This document shows positions 58,149 through 64,000 of a stretch of DNA of 64,000 nucleotides, piece by piece (the first letter of the stretch is position 1; each line of letters begins with the position of its first letter). Where the stretch lies: IMG/VR virus record IMGVR_UViG_3300021960_000018; one strand, 5' to 3'. The position numbers and the translations under genes were made by a program. The notes below the pieces were generated by a model, which saw only the letters and a program-made list of their open reading frames with translations, searched no databases and had not been told where the DNA came from. This DNA comes from a virus.

Positions 58149-59260
58149 TCTGGATAAGTGTCTTCAAAAGATTCTTTTCGCTTTAAATCCAAAATTCTCA
58201 TTTTTGATAAAAATGCATTCATTGATTCGTAACAGTAAAGGCTATCCTCACTCAGCATGTATTTTATAATTTCTTTTAATTTATGAGATTGATTATACAA
58301 TTTAACAAATATTTCAGATTTTATTCTTGGGGATAAATTTTTTACGTTTAAAATTGCAGGAGTATCAAGAGGTGAAAACCCATAGGATATTTCTGGGAAT
58401 TCCGTTTCCATAAATTCTATAAATTCAGTTAAGTAATATATATTCATAAGCCCAACTGTATTATGAACTCTTAGTTTAATCTTATTACTATCTAATTCAC
58501 TAATAGCGGTTTTTAAGTTCTCTACGATACTATCGAAAGAATGGCCGTGTCTGGCATATTCAGCTCTTTCGTAGATATCATCTAAGCTAAAAGCAATGTC
58601 AACTTTTTTAAACTGATTTAGATTTTCAATAATCTTTCGGTCAAACGTTGTACCATTAGTAGTAATTGCCAAATGAATATTCTTAGCCACATCTAATTCT
58701 GCTAACTTAAAAATCAAATTCCTATTTTCAGGACTTACAAAGGGTTCTCCTCCGGTTAACTCGATGAAAGTAATATTATTAATATAGTCTATAAACTCTT
58801 TTTCATTGCGAGTACCCAGTATTTTATTTGATAAAAGATAATTACGGCGTTCCTTCGTAAATTTTTTTTCTTCCTTTTCTATCAAGCTAGAAGAATAACC
58901 ATTACAATTTCTACACTTAAGATTACAGATATTAGATAATTTAAGATCGAATCGAGTTGGGTATTCAGCAGTTTCAGTAAATTCATTAATATCAAATTTT
59001 TCTATATTGTTATGTTTAATTCTGTGGCTTTCACTGCCAGACTGCTCTATGTCCCAACATCTTTTACATGTATCAGGCTTTTCACCCTTAAGAAATTGAT
59101 TTCTTAAATCTTTAAAATATTGAGAGTTATATATTTCTCCTATAGTTTTATTTTCAATATAAGGCATTAAGTTTCTATCATGGGAAAAATAACAGCAAGG
59201 ACGAACAAATCCATCTGGCTCAATACAAAAATTTTTCCACGGTGCTACACAGAAACTCAT
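58118..59260 (-). CDS. Radical SAM enzyme with N-terminal Twitch/SPASM-like domain
   Basis: CVAPW...RPCC...CKRC, then CNLKCRNC, GGEPF. Confidence 0.93.
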   Translation of the reverse strand: MSFCVAPWKNFCIEPDGFVRPCCYFSHDRNLMPYIENKTIGEIYNSQYFKDLRNQFLKGEKPDTCKRCWDIEQSGSESHRIKHNNIEKFDINEFTETAEYPTRFDLKLSNICNLKCRNCNGYSSSLIEKEEKKFTKERRNYLLSNKILGTRNEKEFIDYINNITFIELTGGEPFVSPENRNLIFKLAELDVAKNIHLAITTNGTTFDRKIIENLNQFKKVDIAFSLDDIYERAEYARHGHSFDSIVENLKTAISELDSNKIKLRVHNTVGLMNIYYLTEFIEFMETEFPEISYGFSPLDTPAILNVKNLSPRIKSEIFVKLYNQSHKLKEIIKYMLSEDSLYCYESMNAFLSKMRILDLKRKESFEDTYPEWYTVLEKHL

Positions 59261-60330
59261 AACTTAATGTCGATCCTTCCGGCATAATCACCAACATAAC
59301 TATCAAGTAGCCACATCTTTACTTGATTTTCGACTAAGTGTTCGGCAATATGTCTGTTACGACCTTCTTTATAATTTTTCATTTGGTATGACATAGTAGC
59401 ATAAATGTTTTTCAATTCATCTGAAGATCTATTCCAAATAGCAAGATGCTCTGGATATAGGATAGTATTAAACCATAAATTTACCTCTTTACTATCACAC
59501 CACTTTGCGGCATTAACCATTTCATCCCAGTTATTGTTCATGGGATTAACCATTACAGCAATCTCTCGATCGAAGTCTTTGCAATACTTATTAAATTTGT
59601 CAAAGTTCTTCATGAGTTTATCGAACTTACCGTTAATACGAATTTGTTCATATCTCTCTGGAATAAAACTATCAATACTGATATTTAAATGAATGTTACA
59701 CGAATCTAAAATTCGTTGTACACGTTTGTTGTAAACTGTTCCATTAGTAGCGATATTAATTTTTAGAGACGGTTTAATCACTGCAACCATTTCACAGATT
59801 TCTAGAACGATAGGTTGTGCAAATGGTTCACCGCCATTAAATCTTAATTCTTCAAGATGCGGTATAAACTCTTCTAACTGATCTTTAAATACTTGAGTAT
59901 AGATCATTGGGATAGGAGGTAAATTTTCGCGATTCTTTCTGATACCACTACTCAAGGTTCCATTACACATTACACATTCGAGGTTGCATTGGTTACTTAA
60001 TTCCAATTCCATAAGAGAAGGATATTCTCTAACTGGAAACTTTTCATATGCTTTAGCGAGTGGCCACACTTCGCACTTAATATCCTTTTCACACTCTTGG
60101 CATCTATTAATAAATTTGTTTTCAGATAATGCATCACGATACATTTGGAACTTGTCACCTTTCCAAATGTCCATGATAGATCTGTCTTCTGACCATTGAT
60201 CACATAATCCGGGTAGTTTCCAGCAAGGTGAACATTTACCCCATACGGTAAAATACATATTATTCCACGGGGCATTACACGGACCGTTTACACCGTAACT
60301 ATCCTTCGGTTCTTCTTCATTTAAACTCAT
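59257..60330 (-). CDS. Radical SAM enzyme with N-terminal Twitch/SPASM-like domain
   Basis: CNAPW...SPCW...CQEC, then CNLECVMC, GGEPF. Confidence 0.93.
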   Translation of the reverse strand: MSLNEEEPKDSYGVNGPCNAPWNNMYFTVWGKCSPCWKLPGLCDQWSEDRSIMDIWKGDKFQMYRDALSENKFINRCQECEKDIKCEVWPLAKAYEKFPVREYPSLMELELSNQCNLECVMCNGTLSSGIRKNRENLPPIPMIYTQVFKDQLEEFIPHLEELRFNGGEPFAQPIVLEICEMVAVIKPSLKINIATNGTVYNKRVQRILDSCNIHLNISIDSFIPERYEQIRINGKFDKLMKNFDKFNKYCKDFDREIAVMVNPMNNNWDEMVNAAKWCDSKEVNLWFNTILYPEHLAIWNRSSDELKNIYATMSYQMKNYKEGRNRHIAEHLVENQVKMWLLDSYVGDYAGRIDIKL

Positions 60331-60689
60331 TCTTCATCGTCCAAATATCGAGAACACATTACCATACAAAGTCTATGTGGGTTATCAGTATCCCAAGATT
60401 CTGGCAATGTCTTTTTAAACCAATCATGATTTAAAATATCTTCTAATGAATTGTTCATTAGATTTAGTTCTTTTTCGTTCTTATAATACTCTTGCATTAC
60501 CGGATTAGTAATATCATCTACACCTCTATGAAGAATATCAGGATCGTTATACTTACCAGTAACTCTCCACTTATATCCTTGATTCGCAAGATAGCAGCAT
60601 GGCCAAACTTGTTTATCAGGGTTTACTAGAAACTTATCTTCTTCCATCCATCGACAAACAATATTATTTTTATTCGGAGTGTTGCTCAT
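60327..60689 (-). CDS. Stand-alone SPASM/Twitch-like Fe-S domain
   Basis: C...VWPCC...C.VMC without radical SAM triad. Confidence 0.75.
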   Translation of the reverse strand: MSNTPNKNNIVCRWMEEDKFLVNPDKQVWPCCYLANQGYKWRVTGKYNDPDILHRGVDDITNPVMQEYYKNEKELNLMNNSLEDILNHDWFKKTLPESWDTDNPHRLCMVMCSRYLDDEE

Positions 60690-61488
60690 TTTCTACCTTA
60701 TTACTAGGTGTCCACAATCCCCATGTGAGGTTATGTTTTCCAATCTTTTCCCACCATTCATGATCACGGGTAGGAACAATGTCTTGAAGAAGGGGATGTT
60801 CTTTATTCGTTACTTCTTCTATAGTAATCTTTTCACCATCTTCATTTGTAAATGTCATCTTACCATCCTTGTGGAATCTATTCGATGCCTGGATAATAAT
60901 ATCACCTTTAATTTCTAACTCATTATCAATCATATGAAGAATATCATATAGGTGTTCTTCGTTATGTTTAAATACAATCACGTGCGCGTTCGCGCGGGCG
61001 CCCGAGGCCACGTATGCGTGAATATTAGCTTTTAGTTTTTCTAGATCTACTTTCTGTCTATATCTAGAATGCATTTCGGGGGTAACGCCTTCAATATCAA
61101 AATAGACTTCTAATCTTTTTCGGCCGATACATCCCAGTTCCCACCACCAATCTTCATCACGTATTCCACCATTCGTATTAATCTGAATATAGCATTCGCT
61201 AAATTTTATAATATATGCAATGATCTCTTTTAGATCTTTATTCATAGCGGGATCTCCCCATGTCCCACAAATTTCAAATTTCCATATTTTTTCCATATCC
61301 TGGGGGGTAAAAGTTTTCATAAATTCGCTTAAAGTCCACTGAGTAAGTGGAAGCCAATCTATTTTGCCTAACCCCTCTGGATTAGTTCTATGACACTGAG
61401 GACAAGCAGCATTGCAAAATGTGGATATATCAATCCAAGCGACGAGCTCTTTTTCTTTATATGTATTTGACATATTCTTTCCACTCAT
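60670..61488 (-). CDS. Radical SAM core domain protein
   Basis: CNAACPQC, GTWGDP, NTNGG, VFKHNE. Confidence 0.92.
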   Translation of the reverse strand: MSGKNMSNTYKEKELVAWIDISTFCNAACPQCHRTNPEGLGKIDWLPLTQWTLSEFMKTFTPQDMEKIWKFEICGTWGDPAMNKDLKEIIAYIIKFSECYIQINTNGGIRDEDWWWELGCIGRKRLEVYFDIEGVTPEMHSRYRQKVDLEKLKANIHAYVASGARANAHVIVFKHNEEHLYDILHMIDNELEIKGDIIIQASNRFHKDGKMTFTNEDGEKITIEEVTNKEHPLLQDIVPTRDHEWWEKIGKHNLTWGLWTPSNKVENEQHSE

Positions 61489-62122
61489 GCGGCTTGTTTA
61501 GGCTATTTGTAAAATGAACCATTTTAATTTCAGGATTGAATTCTCCATTCTTATATATCCAACCTTTATAAAGACGTTCCATTTCATTCTTCCACTCGTC
61601 AGACATAAACTTATCTGAAACCCAACGAGTAATCCATTCATTTGGAATGTATTTAAGTTTTAATTCTAACTCATTTATAGAATCGAATACAAAGTTCTGT
61701 TCCCCATTTACTGGACCTACAGTCATTTTATTCTTAATATAATAACTCTGCCAGTAAGCAGGGTCTTTCATAAACTTATCATAAATGGGATTGCAATCAA
61801 TAGGATAATACTTAAAGAATCCCCCGTTAATTTTGCAAGGACTATCTCTCCACCAAGATGGAATGCTTAAAAACTCTCCGCGTCTTATGGGATAATCGAA
61901 TATCTGTTTATAGTCATTGACTAATAGAATATCTACGTCAATAACGCAAATGGGTTCATCTAGAGACAAACCCATCGCATACATTTTATTCCATTGTAAG
62001 ACTACCGATGGATGGAACGGTTCATGGATCCAAATCACCTCGTAATCTTTTAATTTTTGATTTATATAATTCTCGTATTCGATTCCATATTTGTCACCGA
62101 TACGAACACAAAATATTTTCAT
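61457..62122 (-). CDS. Putative GT-A glycosyltransferase
   Basis: CVRIGDKY, WNK, DVD, GEQ, VHF...KPH. Confidence 0.75.
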   Translation of the reverse strand: MKIFCVRIGDKYGIEYENYINQKLKDYEVIWIHEPFHPSVVLQWNKMYAMGLSLDEPICVIDVDILLVNDYKQIFDYPIRRGEFLSIPSWWRDSPCKINGGFFKYYPIDCNPIYDKFMKDPAYWQSYYIKNKMTVGPVNGEQNFVFDSINELELKLKYIPNEWITRWVSDKFMSDEWKNEMERLYKGWIYKNGEFNPEIKMVHFTNSLNKPHEWKEYVKYI

Positions 62123-63000
62123 GGATCATATGGCATTACTGTAGAGAATAGTTTACTAATGACATGGTACATTTTTGCGCCATCAGTAGAAGTATCAATA
62201 TCAAAGACTCTTCTGTGCCAATAATCGTCAAAGAATTGGATGGGCACTTCGTTAACTACTCGTTTATATGAGAACACGGTTTCGTTATCGTAATTAAATA
62301 CTCTACGAATGTTTGTAGGATACATCGAATCTTCATCATGTTTAAGATCTGTCATAAGCTCTAAAACCTCTTCAAAATTACCAAAGTAATCAAGCTTATT
62401 AATCATATCTTTACTTGCAACCATAATACCAGTATTAAACACATCGTTATCTGGTTCATATCCTTCTTCGAATAACATTGCATGGGTGTTCCAATATTTC
62501 GAAGCAGGATTTCTAATACAGAAATTATATCTGTCCGCTTCTATCTCTTTTCCGCGGATGGCTTCGTCATTTGATTCAGCACAACAGAAATTATTCCACG
62601 GATCATGCTCATCAAAAATGTCTTCAGATGTATTTGGAATAACATCGAAATCCATATAACAGATTAAGTCATAATCCTCTTTTTCGGCAATCTCTTTCAT
62701 AAGATGATGCTTATAAAAATTAATAATATCGTATTCGGAAATCTGAGGATATTTTTTATGAAAAGTTTCGTAATATTCTTTATAGTCTTCGCTACTTTGA
62801 TAAAGTCTATAATCTGCACCAATCGTTTCAGCATACCATTTATGCCGCTTTATAATGGTAGAACTCCATCTTTTAAAGGCTAACTTAGCCTCCAAACTTT
62901 TACGTGTTTGTACTTGTACTCCGTTTTCCCACCAACCTGGATTATCCAAATTCTCTTCTGGAATATCAACGTAGATACTAAAGATTATTTTATTAGTCAT
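62119..63000 (-). CDS. Putative GT-A glycosyltransferase
   Basis: YAETIGADY, YMDFD, FNTGIM, DNE, YHVI.K. Confidence 0.7.
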   Translation of the reverse strand: MTNKIIFSIYVDIPEENLDNPGWWENGVQVQTRKSLEAKLAFKRWSSTIIKRHKWYAETIGADYRLYQSSEDYKEYYETFHKKYPQISEYDIINFYKHHLMKEIAEKEDYDLICYMDFDVIPNTSEDIFDEHDPWNNFCCAESNDEAIRGKEIEADRYNFCIRNPASKYWNTHAMLFEEGYEPDNDVFNTGIMVASKDMINKLDYFGNFEEVLELMTDLKHDEDSMYPTNIRRVFNYDNETVFSYKRVVNEVPIQFFDDYWHRRVFDIDTSTDGAKMYHVISKLFSTVMPYDP

Positions 63001-63007
63001 TTATTCC

Positions 63008-63685
63008 TCACTGAGCAATTAGGGTGTAACGAGTAAAGTCACCAAGATCCATTGCACCTTTATAGGCAATCCATCTCTTCGACAAATGTGGTTCAATATA
63101 TCCCACAAATTCATCTAGATAGGGTGAACAATTAATATGTGAATCTAAATCGTAATAGTTATTACTTTGTAATACTACAAAAGCATTCTCTGGTTTTTTA
63201 CTTACCAATTCACATAAATCTTCTCTGTCGATGTGCTCACAACTAGTAGAGATTAAAGCTGTAACATTCGATATATCTATTTCTTCGGTAATATCTTCTA
63301 TTTTAAAATGAAACTTATGATCCGGAAAAATCTTCTGTCCTAGCATATCTGAAAACGGATCCATATCGGCAGAAGTAACATGGTAATTATCTTGAGGATA
63401 TGCTTTTTTTAATAGATCACCTAATAACCCATACCACCCGCCGGCGATATAAAAATTACCACCTGAGTTTTGACCATATACGCCATCATAGATTTCTTTA
63501 AATGTATTAACTAACCATTGCTTACTGCGAAAATGATTATTATCTAAAGAATGTACAATGTCCACGATACGATATAAATCGTTTATGCCGTATTGAGATT
63601 CTTTATATACAGTTTCAATCGTCTTCAGAGCGTGATACAATGGCGAATTTATCATGAACTTCCTCAAATGTAGTAATAGGCGCAA
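63008..63685 (-). CDS. Class I SAM-dependent methyltransferase-like protein
   Basis: SKQWL, IAGGWYG, SADMD, TSCEH, LQSNNY. Confidence 0.8.
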   Translation of the reverse strand: MRLLLHLRKFMINSPLYHALKTIETVYKESQYGINDLYRIVDIVHSLDNNHFRSKQWLVNTFKEIYDGVYGQNSGGNFYIAGGWYGLLGDLLKKAYPQDNYHVTSADMDPFSDMLGQKIFPDHKFHFKIEDITEEIDISNVTALISTSCEHIDREDLCELVSKKPENAFVVLQSNNYYDLDSHINCSPYLDEFVGYIEPHLSKRWIAYKGAMDLGDFTRYTLIAQ

Positions 63686-64000
63686 TCTTATCTAATTCGT
63701 ATTTATATGAATGAATAAACTCTGAGGGGAATGTATTATATTCAAATTCTTCGTGCACGATGAATCGGTCAATACCTACATATTTACGAAGATAATAATC
63801 CTTTAACCCGCCTAGATAAAAATGATTCCAAAGTTGATGGATATCGGAATTTCCTGCAGTCCACGTAATAACCGAAGAATTAATCCTGACGTCATAATTA
63901 GTGGCTCTATCGTAAATCTTTCCTGATTTCCAATGGCAGTTAATCAAAGTTAACTTATCCCAATCGACACTATCTAAAATGCCAAAGGGATCTGAATTTA
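63615..64000 (-). CDS. Putative glycosyltransferase, 5' end beyond window
   Basis: Frame open to window end; INSSVITW, YVGIDRFI, SYKY. Confidence 0.6.
   Translation of the reverse strand, partial: NSDPFGILDSVDWDKLTLINCHWKSGKIYDRATNYDVRINSSVITWTAGNSDIHQLWNHFYLGGLKDYYLRKYVGIDRFIVHEEFEYNTFPSEFIHSYKYELDKIAPITTFEEVHDKFAIVSRSEDD

Overview
A 64 kb segment of a large T4-like (myovirus) bacteriophage genome, with nearly all genes on the minus strand. An alphaproteobacterial host is inferred from a DUF1127 gene and a ROSE-like hsp20 leader. Left to right it contains five blocks. (1) A replication, recombination and transcription block: an AEP-type primase cut by the window edge, MazG-like pyrophosphatase, gp43, hsp20, regA, gp62, dexA, gp44, gp45, gp46, gp47, gp55, uvsW, uvsY and gp3. 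(2) A small plus-strand cassette with a GH19 lysin and a structured RNA candidate. (3) The head, tail and neck block gp23 to gp13. (4) A RiPP-like cluster, then five or six tail-fibre and virion genes. (5) A roughly 15 kb island of modification enzymes: six radical SAM enzymes (one B12-binding), a carbamoyltransferase, SGNH hydrolases, glycosyltransferases, a methyltransferase and a 2OG oxygenase. The best candidate for an undescribed system is 28977-36004. There a fibre-like protein carries (CNCNFCT)x7 and ends in the first motif of an S74 chaperone/peptidase domain. The rest of that domain is a separate gene, followed by three radical SAM enzymes (two with full SPASM domains) and a 2OG-Fe(II) oxygenase. 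Other signals are dispersed CG-rich alternating purine-pyrimidine islets, Asp-Ser enrichment in virion proteins and two intergenic or antisense structured RNA candidates. All calls come from motif recognition by eye; no database searches were run.
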